This document shows positions 27,626-36,883 of a stretch of DNA of 64,000 bases, one piece after another. Position 1 is the stretch's first letter; every line of letters begins with the position of its first letter. The position numbers and the translations under genes are program-made. The stretch covers positions 20,775-84,774 of the forward strand of contig JAPOXA010000007.1 in NCBI GenBank assembly GCA_026707325.1, in the 5' to 3' direction. The DNA comes from Acidobacteriota bacterium (GTDB lineage Bacteria > Acidobacteriota > Thermoanaerobaculia > Multivoradales > Multivoraceae). The notes beneath the pieces were generated by a model. It had not been told where the DNA came from, searched no databases, and saw nothing but the letters and a program-made list of their open reading frames with translations.

Positions 27626-27810
27626 CGCTCCGAAACGCATCGCAGACTCGCCGGCCCGAACCCTCATCCGACCCGGATCAGGCGGGCATGCAGCTTCCTC
27701 TTTCGCAACCTGGTCAGGTCCGCCCGCTGGCAGCGAGCGCCTGACGCCGTCAGAAAGACGGACTCACCCGCCAGCAATTCCGTGGGGCCGACGACGGCGC
27801 CAACGTCCTC

Positions 27811-28560
27811 ATGACTTCCCAGAAACCCAGCCTCCGGAACCGGACCATCGCCGTGGCCGTGGCGGCGGTCGCGATTCTGATCGCCGCGCCCCGCGAAACC
27901 GCGCCCGGTCGGCACATGGAACCGTTGCCCGTGTCGTTGCCGCTGGAAGACGTCGTCCTCTTCGAGCAGATTCATGCCTGGCTTGAACCGGCGACCGGCG
28001 CCGCCTCCGCCTACCTGGGTGGAGGTCCACTGTACGAGCGCATTCAGGTGCGCCGGGAGAGCTTCGAGCTGTTCATCGGCGCCGCCGACGAGGAGGCGGT
28101 CCGCGACCGGATGCGCCGTGTTCCGTATGGCGACCTGATCCTCGGTGCCGCCGAGCGGCACGGCGTCGACCCGCTCCTCGTGGCGGCCATCGTCCAGGCC
28201 GAGTCCTCATTCGACACGGAGGCGGTCTCGCCGCGGGGCGCCCTCGGCCTGATGCAGATGATGCCGACGACCGCCGAGCAGTTGGGAGTCGCCGATGCCT
28301 GCGACCCCGGCCAGAACGTCGACGCGGGCGTGAGCTACCTCGCTTACCTCCTGCGCCGCTTCGAGAACGACCTGGTCCTGGCTCTCGCGGGCTACAACGC
28401 GGGTCCCGGCGCCGTCGACCGTTTCGGCGGTCTGCCCCCCTTCCGCGAGACGCGCGGATTCACGAACAGCGTGCTCCGCGTCTACATCGCGCACCACCGC
28501 GCGGCCTGGGCCGCCGTCAATCCGGGCGGGCTCGACTTCGCGGTGCTGGCGGGCGGCTAG
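27811..28560 (+). CDS. Lytic transglycosylase (SLT domain)
   Basis: AIVQAESSF, AVSPRGALGLMQMMP, AGYNAGPG, PFRETR; N-terminal signal. Confidence 0.92.
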   Translation: MTSQKPSLRNRTIAVAVAAVAILIAAPRETAPGRHMEPLPVSLPLEDVVLFEQIHAWLEPATGAASAYLGGGPLYERIQVRRESFELFIGAADEEAVRDRMRRVPYGDLILGAAERHGVDPLLVAAIVQAESSFDTEAVSPRGALGLMQMMPTTAEQLGVADACDPGQNVDAGVSYLAYLLRRFENDLVLALAGYNAGPGAVDRFGGLPPFRETRGFTNSVLRVYIAHHRAAWAAVNPGGLDFAVLAGG

Positions 28561-28585
28561 CGGCTCTAGCGGCCAGCGGCGTCAG

Positions 28586-28780
28586 CTAGCTGCTCTTGGC
28601 GCCCGACGAAGACGCGTTTTCCTCCTCCAGCTCGGAGGAGTCGTCGCCCCGCAGCCCCCGCTTGAAGTTGCGGATACCCTCGCCCATCCCCCGGCCAAGC
28701 AGCGGCAGCTTGCTGCCGCCGAAGATGACCATCAGGATGACGAAGATGATGAGAAGCTCTTGGATGCCGATGGAAGGCAT
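28586..28780 (-). CDS. tatA: Twin-arginine translocase subunit TatA/E
   Basis: IGIQELLII..IFGGSKLPLLGRGMGEGIRNFK. Confidence 0.93.
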   Translation of the reverse strand: MPSIGIQELLIIFVILMVIFGGSKLPLLGRGMGEGIRNFKRGLRGDDSSELEEENASSSGAKSS

Positions 28781-28805
28781 GGGGTTCTCCTGTTGGAAGG
28801 TCGGG

Positions 28806-28814
28806 ATTCTAGCA
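28806..28814 (-). promoter_or_regulatory. Putative extended -10 promoter (TGCTAGAAT) for tatA
   Basis: Near-consensus motif overlapping the upstream gene's stop codon. Confidence 0.45.
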
Positions 28815-29861
28815 GTTGAACGCCGTCCATTCCCGGCGCAGGCGGGGAGCGAGTTCACGGCCCTCGGGAAGGGCGTCCAGCGCGTCGAAGAACCGCCGCA
28901 GAGCTGAGCCGATCAGCGGCAGGTGACGGTCGTTGCCGAGCGCGGCGAAGTGGGAGAACGTACCGGCGATCTTGAGCATTCGCTGCGCCACCGCGGCGTT
29001 GTAAAGGGCAAGCTCCTCCACATCTTCCCCGAGGACGGCCAGATGGTCCCCCCGCTGGCCGTCCGAGAGAGTCAGGCTGTCGTTCAGCAACGAGGCCAGG
29101 TCGTAGTGCGGCGGCCCCAGACGCAGGTCCTGGTGATCGATGACGACGACCTCCGGGTCGGCCCCTTCCGGGGCCCGGGCCCGCAGCATCAGATTGCGGA
29201 CCATGAAGTCGCGATGACAGGGCACGGGCGCCGCCAAGCCGAGACGCTCGCAGACGGCGTTGCAAAGAGCGCGCAGTTCCGCGGCCAGGGTCCGGTCTCC
29301 CACCAGCCCGCGCGGCTCGAGGAACCGCTCCCAGGTCAGGTCGAGCTCCGCCATCAGCAGCTTCCGGTCGAGCGGCGGCGAACCGAGAGAGCGCACGCTG
29401 ACCGGAGACAGGAGCTGGATGCGGCCAATGTGCGCAACTGCCTCGGTCAGGCAGCGGTCAAGTGCGGCCGGGCTCAGACGACCGCCCTTCCACCGGTCGA
29501 AGACCGTCTCTGGTCCCAGGTCTTCCAGGAGGATCCAGAGCGGCTCGCCGGGCGAGTGCCGTTCGACCCCTGGCAGCGGCACGCCGACCGAACCCAGCAG
29601 TTTCGTCGCGGCCAGGAAACGCGACGCCACATCCGCCATGTCGTCCGGGTAGGCGCAGACAACGAACTGCTCGCCGCCCGCGAGACGCAGCCGTGCATAG
29701 CGCCGCGCGGAAACGTCGCCGGCCAGCGGTTCAAAGGAAGCAGGCCGGAAGCCCGCGGCTCCAAGCCCTTCGATGATCGGCCCCCAGAGACCCCGATCGC
29801 CCCGTGGCGGATCCCGACTGTCGCGCGGAGCGTCTCTTTGGGATAATGATCTCGTTGCCAT
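28809..29861 (-). CDS. Aminoglycoside-phosphotransferase-family kinase (AmgK-like MurNAc/GlcNAc kinase)
   Basis: AGDVSARRYAR, LEDLG, CHRDFMVRNLM, IDHQDL, YDLASLL, QRMLKIAGTF. Confidence 0.85.
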   Translation of the reverse strand: MATRSLSQRDAPRDSRDPPRGDRGLWGPIIEGLGAAGFRPASFEPLAGDVSARRYARLRLAGGEQFVVCAYPDDMADVASRFLAATKLLGSVGVPLPGVERHSPGEPLWILLEDLGPETVFDRWKGGRLSPAALDRCLTEAVAHIGRIQLLSPVSVRSLGSPPLDRKLLMAELDLTWERFLEPRGLVGDRTLAAELRALCNAVCERLGLAAPVPCHRDFMVRNLMLRARAPEGADPEVVVIDHQDLRLGPPHYDLASLLNDSLTLSDGQRGDHLAVLGEDVEELALYNAAVAQRMLKIAGTFSHFAALGNDRHLPLIGSALRRFFDALDALPEGRELAPRLRREWTAFNC

Positions 29862-30159
29862 GGAACCCCGGCTCAAGCAACTGCTCGAAGACCTCACCCG
29901 CTCCCTGTGCGAAGCGATCGCGGACTCGTCCGAGGTCCATGACCGGCTCGAGTCGATCCGGCAGGAAGGCTACACGCTGAACCTCTTCCTCGACTGCAAG
30001 CCGTTCGAGAGCGACGACGAGGCCGAGACCGAGGATGAGGCGAGTCGTCGGCCTGTACCGGCGCCGCCCTTCAGGATCAACGGTCGCGACCTCGCCTTCC
30101 TCCGGTCGGTCGGGATCGATCCGACACGCAAGGCCCGCAGCCGGACTTCCCGTCAGTAG
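29860..30159 (+). CDS. Conserved hypothetical small acidic protein
   Basis: MEPRLKQLLEDL..GYTLNLFLD..FRINGRDLAFLRSVGI; coding-like codon use; GATAAT upstream. Confidence 0.7.
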   Translation: MEPRLKQLLEDLTRSLCEAIADSSEVHDRLESIRQEGYTLNLFLDCKPFESDDEAETEDEASRRPVPAPPFRINGRDLAFLRSVGIDPTRKARSRTSRQ

Positions 30160-30878
30160 CACTCTTCGCGCCAGATGAACCCGTAGTTGCGGCCCGCCCG
30201 GGCGCCGTCTCGCCGGTAGCTCCACCAGTCCGGACTGCAGCGCACGCAGCGTTTCACCGTCGAGACCCGGGCGACACCCAGACGGGCGAGCTGCCGCGAG
30301 GCGGCCAGCGCCAGGTCGAGGTGCGGCTTCCGGCCGGGTCGTCGAGCGACCACCTCCGCACCGCTCCGGGACGCCACCTGGACGGCAACGTCTTCGCCGA
30401 CCTCATAGCAACAGGGTCCGATCGCCGGACCGATCCAGGCTTCCGCCCGCGCCCCGTCACGGAACGAATCGCCGCCGTTCAACTCGCGGACGGCCGACGC
30501 CAGCACTCCGCCCGCGAGCCCGCGCCAGCCGGCGTGGACGGCCGCCACCGAATCGCCGGCGGCAATCAGCACGGGCACGCAGTCGGCGACGAAGACCGTG
30601 GCCGCCACTCCGGACGCCGACACGATCAGCGCATCCCCGTCGCCGGTCGGCCCGGGCCCCGTCGCTCTCAACGCGTCGGCGCCGTGCCGCTGGCGAAGCC
30701 AGGCCGGCGCTGCCGCGTCCGCCGCGGGAACCTGGCGCGCCAGGATCTCGAGGGCATCCTCCGGGCCGGCGGCTTCCGCCGGCGGCACCGCGCCAAGAAA
30801 CGCGGCCCACACCGGCCCTCGGTGGTAGACCGCGAGTGCGTCGTTCGCCGACGGGCTGCTGTAGGATGCCGCGGCCAT
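30153..30878 (-). CDS. pgeF: PgeF/YfiH-like multicopper polyphenol oxidase domain protein
   Basis: QRHG, GDALI, VADCVPVL, HAGWRG, IGPAIGPCCYEV, SYRRDG. Confidence 0.9.
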   Translation of the reverse strand: MAAASYSSPSANDALAVYHRGPVWAAFLGAVPPAEAAGPEDALEILARQVPAADAAAPAWLRQRHGADALRATGPGPTGDGDALIVSASGVAATVFVADCVPVLIAAGDSVAAVHAGWRGLAGGVLASAVRELNGGDSFRDGARAEAWIGPAIGPCCYEVGEDVAVQVASRSGAEVVARRPGRKPHLDLALAASRQLARLGVARVSTVKRCVRCSPDWWSYRRDGARAGRNYGFIWREECY

Positions 30879-30888
30879 TGAGACGGCC

Positions 30889-32382
30889 ATGAGCGTAGCG
30901 CAGAGCACGACCGGGGCGGGGGCCGTCGGAGGTCCCGTCGACACGGGATGGGAAACGGTCATTGGACTGGAGGTCCACGTCCAGCTACGCACCCGGACGA
31001 AGATGTTCTGCCGTTGCGAGAACCGCTTCGGAGCCGAACCGAACGAGCTCGTCTGCCCCGTCTGTCTCGGCTATCCGGGCACGCTGCCGGTGACCAACCA
31101 GCACGCCGTCGACCTGGCCATCCGCCTGGCGCTGGCCCTCGGCTGCGAAGTCCGGCCCCGGTCGGTATTCGCACGCAAGAACTACTTCTATCCGGATCTG
31201 CCCAAGGGCTACCAGATCAGCCAGTACGACCAGCCCCTGGCCGAGGGAGGAGGCGTACCGCTGCCGTCAGGGCACACCGTACGCATCCACCGGCTCCACC
31301 TGGAGGAGGACGCCGGCAAGCTGCTCCACGAAGTGCCCGGAGGGGGACCGCTCCCGGGCCGGAGCCTGGTCGACTTCAACCGTTGCGGCGTGCCCCTGGT
31401 GGAGATCGTCACCGAGCCGGAGATCGGCTCGCCCGAGGACGCGCAGGCCTACCTGCAGGTGCTCCACCAGGTCCTGCTCTACACCGGCGCCAGCGACGGC
31501 AACATGGAGGAGGGCAGCCTGCGCTGCGACGCGAACCTCTCGCTCCGGCCGGTCGGCCAGACGGAACTCGGCACGAAGACGGAGGTCAAGAACCTGAACT
31601 CCTTCCGCCACGTGGCGAAGGCGCTCGAGTACGAACGGGAACGCCAGTTGCACGTGCTGACGACGGGCGGCCGGGTCGAGCAGGAGACACGGAGCTTCGA
31701 GCCCTCGACCGGCGTGACCCGGTCGCTCCGGTCGAAGGAGGAGGCGCACGACTACCGCTACTTTCCGGAGCCCGACCTGCCCACCGTCGTGCTCTCCGGC
31801 GAACGCATCGAGCGGCAGGCGAACCAGCTTCCGGAGTTGCCGTGGAAGAAGAGCGCCCGTTTCCGCGACGCCTACGGGCTACGCTCGGAAGAGGCGGCGC
31901 TGCTCTCCGGCAGCGTCGCCCTGGCGACCTACTACGAGCGGGCCGTCGCCGCCCACCCGAAGGGCAAGAGAACGATCGCCAACTGGGTGATGACGGAACT
32001 CCTGCGCGAGCTGAAGGAGCGGAGCATCGACGTGGAGCGAGCGGTCGCGCCGGAGCGCCTGGCCGCCGTAGTCGCCCTGGTCGACTCCGGCGAGCTATCG
32101 ACCACGGCCGCCAAGGAAGTGCTCGCCGAGGCCTGGGACTCGTCCGAAACGCCGGACGAGATCGCGGACCGCCTGGGCCTCCGGCAGGTCCGCGATGACG
32201 ACCAGCTCGAGGCCTGGGCCGACGAAGCGATCGCCGCCAACGAGAAGGCCGTCACCGAGTACCGCGACGGCCGCCAGCAGGCCCTCGGCTACCTGGTCGG
32301 CCAGATCATGAGAGCTTCACGCGGCAGCGCCGAGCCGCGGGCCGCCCAGGAGATCCTGCGCCGCAAGCTGGCTGACCGCTAG
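30889..32382 (+). CDS. gatB: Asp/Glu-tRNA amidotransferase subunit B
   Basis: IGLEVHVQL, RKNYFYPDLPKGYQISQ, HLEEDAGK, LRCDAN, KNLNSF, DYRYFPEPDL. Confidence 0.97.
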   Translation: MSVAQSTTGAGAVGGPVDTGWETVIGLEVHVQLRTRTKMFCRCENRFGAEPNELVCPVCLGYPGTLPVTNQHAVDLAIRLALALGCEVRPRSVFARKNYFYPDLPKGYQISQYDQPLAEGGGVPLPSGHTVRIHRLHLEEDAGKLLHEVPGGGPLPGRSLVDFNRCGVPLVEIVTEPEIGSPEDAQAYLQVLHQVLLYTGASDGNMEEGSLRCDANLSLRPVGQTELGTKTEVKNLNSFRHVAKALEYERERQLHVLTTGGRVEQETRSFEPSTGVTRSLRSKEEAHDYRYFPEPDLPTVVLSGERIERQANQLPELPWKKSARFRDAYGLRSEEAALLSGSVALATYYERAVAAHPKGKRTIANWVMTELLRELKERSIDVERAVAPERLAAVVALVDSGELSTTAAKEVLAEAWDSSETPDEIADRLGLRQVRDDDQLEAWADEAIAANEKAVTEYRDGRQQALGYLVGQIMRASRGSAEPRAAQEILRRKLADR

Positions 32383-32991
32383 CGGCGCGGCGCGGCGGAG
32401 ACCTGGGCTGGGTCCCCGGGGAGCCACTTCGGTGGTCCACCCCGCCGTATCGCCTCCACCAGAGCCTCGAAGTCCTCCGCTTCGTCCTTCGCCCGCCGTT
32501 GGTCCTCACGCACCCGCCGAGCGGCTTCGGGATTGCCGGCGCCGTGGTGGGCCTCGGCCGCTTCCGCGTATCTTCCCTGGCCCCACAGAACGAAGCCGAG
32601 CCAGTTCAGGACCAGGTTCCTGTCCTCGCCGTCGGCCAACACGAGAGCGGTCCGAAGCGGGACCTCGGCACGTCTGTGGCGCCCCCGGTAGGCGAACGTC
32701 TGCCCGAGCATCACGTACGCGTTGCCAGGCGCCTGGCTTGAGCGAGATGGCCCGCCGCAGGGAGGAGGCCGCAGCCTTGTAGCGCTCGGCGGCAAGCAGC
32801 GACCGACCGAGTATGAGGTGACCGGCGTACTGACCGGGACGTTCGTCGACGAACTGCCGGAACTCCGCGACAGCCTGCTCGAAGTCACCGGCCTTGTAGG
32901 CTTCGATGCCCGCCTGCCAGTCGGCGAAAGCCGCCGGGCTGAGGACGAGACAGGCAGCCGCCCAAGCCAGCAAGCTGCGAGGAGGCGTCAT
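32379..32991 (-). pseudogene. Frameshifted, internally shortened paralogue of the upstream TPR protein
   Basis: N-part (AFADWQAG..ERPGQ..LGRSLL) and C-part (AYVMLGQ..LGFVL..AGNPEAARRVRE) match both ends of 33112-34287; one extra base near 32721-32724. Confidence 0.75.
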
Positions 32992-33023
32992 CTCGCCCAC
33001 TGCTGTAGTTTAGGTGCGGCTAT

Positions 33024-33103
33024 GCGGAGCCGGCCTAGCGGCCGGCGCGTCTCTTTGGCCGCCTCTGGCGGCAGCCGGCGGGGACGCCGGCGCACCCAGT
33101 GTG
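33024..33103 (-). repeat. REP/REPIN-like element, copy 7 (near consensus)
   Basis: Minus strand CACACTGGGTGCGCCGGCGTCCCCGCCGGCTGCCGCCAGAGGCGGC..GCGCCGGCCGCTAGGCCGGCTCCGC. Confidence 0.88.
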
Positions 33104-33111
33104 CGACCTTC

Positions 33112-34287
33112 CTACCGGCGCGGCGGCTCGTTCGTCGCTCCGGGGACCTCTTCGAGTTGCCGGCGGAGTTCCTCGCGCTGGCGCTCAAGTTCCTCGATGT
33201 TCCTGTTGAATTCGTCGGCTTCCTGGTTTTCCTGGGCGATCTGCTGGTTCTCACGCACCCGTGCAGCGCCGGCCGCGTTGCCCGCGCGCTCATAGGCCGA
33301 GATCGCCGCCGCGTACTTGTTCTGCTTCGAGAGCACGAAGCCGAGATAGTCCAGGATCTCCCTCTTGTCGGCTTCATCGGAAGCCAGTGGGAGTGCGGTG
33401 TTCAGCGGTCCTTCGGCGTCGCTGTAGCGCTCGAGGGAGCCGAACGCCTGCCCGAGGTAGAAGTGCGCGTGCCAGTCGTTGCTCTTCTTCGAGATCCCCT
33501 GCTGGAAGGTCGAAGCCGCCGAGTCGTAGTTCTTGGCGCCGAGTTGCACCTCGCCGAGCAGCAGCAGGTTGTCGTACGAGGGGCTGGCCCCTACCAGGCT
33601 TCTGGCCACGTCCTCCGCCTTGCGGTAGACGCCGGTCTTGGCTGAGCCCTGGGTGCGCCGACCCTTGACCTTCAGCGCGTTCACCAGAACCCTCTTCCAC
33701 TCCGCCTGGCTTCCGTCCATCGAGATCGCTCGCTCATAGGCGGCGATCGCCGGGTCGAGTTGCGCATCGTTGTGGAGCATCTGGCCGTACTCGAAGCGAG
33801 CCCCGGCGTCACTGGGCTTCAGGTCGGCAACCCTCCCCAGGTCGGCAGCCGCGCTGCCGGTGTTGCCCAGCCGCGCGTAGCTGGCGCCGCGCGTCTCGTA
33901 CACCCCGACCTGGATGTTCGCCGGCAACCCGCCGATGTTGAGCCTGCTCAGGGTCGAGATGCACTCCCTGGGCTTGCCGCTCTGGTAGAAGGCCTGACCC
34001 AGCAACACCTGGCTGCCGATGTCGTCGGCTTTCATCTCGATCGCCTTCTGGAACGCGGCAATCGCTTCGCCGGCCTTGCCGCCCCGGAGCAGGGAACGGC
34101 CCAGCATCTGGTAGCCGGCCTGCTGGTCCGGGCGCTCCTCGACGAACTGCTGGAACTCGGCGATCGCCTGAGCGTAGTTGCCGGACCTGAATGCGGCGAC
34201 GCCTTCGTCCCAGCCGGCGAAGGCCGCCGACGCGGTCAGCAGTGCGCAGATAGCAGCAAGTGCGAGTACGGATCGGCGAGTAGTCAT
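33112..34287 (-). CDS. Exported TPR-repeat protein
   Basis: Signal peptide (AAFA), multiple TPRs, C-terminal coiled coil; follows tonB. Confidence 0.85.
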   Translation of the reverse strand: MTTRRSVLALAAICALLTASAAFAGWDEGVAAFRSGNYAQAIAEFQQFVEERPDQQAGYQMLGRSLLRGGKAGEAIAAFQKAIEMKADDIGSQVLLGQAFYQSGKPRECISTLSRLNIGGLPANIQVGVYETRGASYARLGNTGSAAADLGRVADLKPSDAGARFEYGQMLHNDAQLDPAIAAYERAISMDGSQAEWKRVLVNALKVKGRRTQGSAKTGVYRKAEDVARSLVGASPSYDNLLLLGEVQLGAKNYDSAASTFQQGISKKSNDWHAHFYLGQAFGSLERYSDAEGPLNTALPLASDEADKREILDYLGFVLSKQNKYAAAISAYERAGNAAGAARVRENQQIAQENQEADEFNRNIEELERQREELRRQLEEVPGATNEPPRR

Positions 34288-34306
34288 TGGGCCGTGATCC
34301 TCCGCT

Positions 34307-35065
34307 CTACTGAAGTTGGAAGTTGACGGTCAGGTTGTAGTAGACGGCGACCGGCTTGCCGTTCAGCGTCGCCGGCTTGAACTTCCACTGCTGCACCGCC
34401 GACACGGCGGCTTCGGCAAGGCCCATCGGCAGGGGCTTCAGGACCTTGATGTCCGTGATGTCGCCGTTCTTGTCGATCGTCGCCTGGAGAATGACGACAC
34501 CCTGGATCCGCGCCTTGCGCGCGATCTCGGTGTACTGGGGCTGGATCTCGTTGATCTTCTCCGGCTTCGTCACGTCGCCGGTGACGTAGATCGGCCCGGT
34601 CGGTTCCGGCGGTGGCGGCGCCTCGGGGAGGTCGAAGAGATCGAGATCGTCGACCTCGGGAATGTCGATCTCCTCGGGCTCGTCGATCCGGATCGGCTCC
34701 GGCTCGTCAGGCGTGGGATCGGGGATCGGAACCTTCTTCGACTTCGGCTTCGGAATCTGCTGCTCTTCCTTCGGCGGTGGCGGCTTGAAGCGCACCTGCT
34801 GCACGACGAAGACCTTGGGCTTCGGCGGCGGCGCCACCACGTCGCCGTACAGGTCGGGCAGCTTCACGATCAGCAGGATGCCGTGGAGGATGACCGCCAG
34901 CCCCAGCGAGTAGCGGAAGGTCTTGTTGTCCTCGCGGGTCTCCTGCACGTAGGTCAGCAGGCCCTGCTCGGCGGAGGTCAGCGCGGTCGCTTCGTCCTTC
35001 GCGGGCCCGTCTGCCGGGGAGTCTTCCGCGGGGGATGCAGCCTGTTCGAGGTTCTCGTCACTCAT
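34307..35065 (-). CDS. tonB: Energy transducer TonB
   Basis: TM with S/H motif (SLGLAVILHG), Pro-rich spacer, PQYTEIARKARIQGVV..WKFKPA. Confidence 0.92.
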   Translation of the reverse strand: MSDENLEQAASPAEDSPADGPAKDEATALTSAEQGLLTYVQETREDNKTFRYSLGLAVILHGILLIVKLPDLYGDVVAPPPKPKVFVVQQVRFKPPPPKEEQQIPKPKSKKVPIPDPTPDEPEPIRIDEPEEIDIPEVDDLDLFDLPEAPPPPEPTGPIYVTGDVTKPEKINEIQPQYTEIARKARIQGVVILQATIDKNGDITDIKVLKPLPMGLAEAAVSAVQQWKFKPATLNGKPVAVYYNLTVNFQLQ

Positions 35066-35148
35066 CCGGTTACCCCTCTTCGGTCAGGTTCTTGTGTCGC
35101 GTTGGTGTCTGGATTCAACGTCCAGCCGGGTTCGGCGTATTCCGCTCT

Positions 35149-35586
35149 CTAGTACCAGAAGCTCTGGATCTCGCGCTGCGTGGGAACGGAGATGTTGATC
35201 GGCTCCGCCAACCCGTGATCCTCGCCCTGGCGCAGTTCGTCGTACACCTCGACCATGTACCGGTACGGCGTCGCCGTGTCCGGCCGGATGATCACCGGCT
35301 TCTTCGGGTTCCGCTCCAGCTTCGGCTTCAGGTAGGGGATGATCTCGTGCAACCGCATCGGATCCTGGTCGACGATCAACTCGCCGGTCGGCAGGATCTC
35401 GATCAGCACCGACTCCTCCTTCTCGACCACCGGCGGATCGTCGTCGTCCTCGGGAAGCGCGAAGTCCAGTCCGCGGGTCGCGGTGAACGTCGTCGTGATC
35501 ATGAAGAAGACAATCAGCAGGAAGGCGATGTCCGCCATCGAGGAGGTCGGGATCTCATCGTCCGGGCGATCACGATCAAGTCTCAT
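35149..35586 (-). CDS. ExbD/TolR biopolymer transporter
   Basis: IPTSSMADIAFLLIVFFM. Confidence 0.92.
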   Translation of the reverse strand: MRLDRDRPDDEIPTSSMADIAFLLIVFFMITTTFTATRGLDFALPEDDDDPPVVEKEESVLIEILPTGELIVDQDPMRLHEIIPYLKPKLERNPKKPVIIRPDTATPYRYMVEVYDELRQGEDHGLAEPINISVPTQREIQSFWY

Positions 35587-35611
35587 CTTGCGTCTCCATC
35601 CATCGTCAAGC

Positions 35612-36040
35612 CTACCCGTCGGTGACGGTTCGCTGATCGGACAGCAGGTACACGTCCCGCACCTTGGCCCGCTTCAGCGCGTCGATCACTTCGTCGACCT
35701 TCTCCCACTGCACGTCGCCGTCGGACTTGACCACGAAGACCTTCTGGGGGTCCATCGCGATGACCCCCGCGGCCATCGAGAGCACCTCGTCGGCCGCGCT
35801 GACCAGCGCGCTCTGTTCGTTGCCGTCCGACACCCGGATGCGCCCGTTCGGATCGATCGAGACGTAGGCGGACTGCTTCGGGATCTCGTACCTGAGCGTC
35901 GTCTTCGGCAACTGCACCTGGGTCTTGTCGACCTCGAAGGTGATCGTCAGCATGAAGAAGATGATCAGCAGGAAGGCGATATCCGCCATCGAGGCCGTCG
36001 GGATGTTCGGCTTGTGCTCGATGGTTGCCTTGAGCTTCAT
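35612..36040 (-). CDS. ExbD/TolR biopolymer transporter
   Basis: IPTASMADIAFLLIIFFM, KSDGD. Confidence 0.92.
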   Translation of the reverse strand: MKLKATIEHKPNIPTASMADIAFLLIIFFMLTITFEVDKTQVQLPKTTLRYEIPKQSAYVSIDPNGRIRVSDGNEQSALVSAADEVLSMAAGVIAMDPQKVFVVKSDGDVQWEKVDEVIDALKRAKVRDVYLLSDQRTVTDG

Positions 36041-36046
36041 GTCGAT

Positions 36047-36712
36047 CTAGCTGGCGTCGCCGCCGGACTCCGGCGGGATGCCGCTCCGCTCCATCTCGCC
36101 GAAGGTCTCGAGCAGCATGTTCGCCGACGTCTCGATGTCGCGGACGAACTTGTTGATCCGGCTCATGAAGTAGTTGTAGGCGAGCTGCGTCGGAATGGCG
36201 ACCGCCAGACCGCCGGCGGTCGTGGTCAGCGCCTCCTTGATGCCGGTGGCGACTGCGCCGGGGTTCGACAGGCCCTGTGCCGCCAGGGCGTCGAAACCGG
36301 CCATCATGCCGGTCACCGTGCCGAAGAACCCGAGCAGCGGGGCGACGTTGGCCGTCGTCGCCAGCACCGCGAGGCCGCGCTCGAGGCGGCCCATCTCGAA
36401 CAGCGCCGCGTTCTCGATCGTCTTCTCGACATCTTCCTTGGGCTGGCCGTACTTCATCAGGCCGGCCTTGAGAATCGAGGCGACCGGACCACGGTACTCC
36501 TCGCATACCTTGACCGCTTCACGAATCGAGCGGTTCACTACCAGCGCCTTCCGCACCTTGGGGAGGAACTCGTGAACGTTGATCCGAGCCCGCCGCAGCG
36601 CAATCAGTCGCTCCACCACCACCGCTGCCGCGATGACGGAGAAAGCGAGCAATGGCCACATGACGGGGCCGCCCTCGTTCATCAACTTCCAGAACGTGCC
36701 ACCAATGTTCAC
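36047..36712 (-). CDS. MotA/TolQ/ExbB proton channel
   Basis: GGPVMWPL, APLLGFFGTVTGM, GIKEALTTTAGGL. Confidence 0.93.
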   Translation of the reverse strand: MNIGGTFWKLMNEGGPVMWPLLAFSVIAAAVVVERLIALRRARINVHEFLPKVRKALVVNRSIREAVKVCEEYRGPVASILKAGLMKYGQPKEDVEKTIENAALFEMGRLERGLAVLATTANVAPLLGFFGTVTGMMAGFDALAAQGLSNPGAVATGIKEALTTTAGGLAVAIPTQLAYNYFMSRINKFVRDIETSANMLLETFGEMERSGIPPESGGDAS

Positions 36713-36847
36713 CTAGCTACCTCCTCAGGACTACGCCCGCCAACTACGGGTCTGGTTGAACCGCCCGCCAGGAGGCGGACGCGATTCTGGACATGCGGTG
36801 ACCCCTACACCGGGAGGGGTGCCTGGCTCACCTTGGAACGGTGGAGC

Positions 36848-36856
36848 AATATAGCA
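36848..36856 (-). promoter_or_regulatory. Putative extended -10 promoter (TGCTATATT) for exbB-exbD-exbD-tonB
   Basis: Near-consensus motif about 135 nt upstream of the GTG, which has a GGAGG SD. Confidence 0.45.
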
Positions 36857-36883
36857 CACGGGTTCGGCTTTGGAACCGCCCGA

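Noticed and set aside
27700-27740. SRP RNA-like CCTGGTCAGGTCCG
   Set aside because: Lacks the following GAAGGAAGCAGC domain IV motif.
27741-27765. Hammerhead-like CTGACG..GAAA
   Set aside because: Core is CTGACGC rather than CUGANGA, and GAAA is a hairpin loop, not a junction.
36720-36845. Riboswitch in the exbB 5' leader
   Set aside because: Some hairpins are possible, but no cobalamin, TPP or other recognisable consensus.
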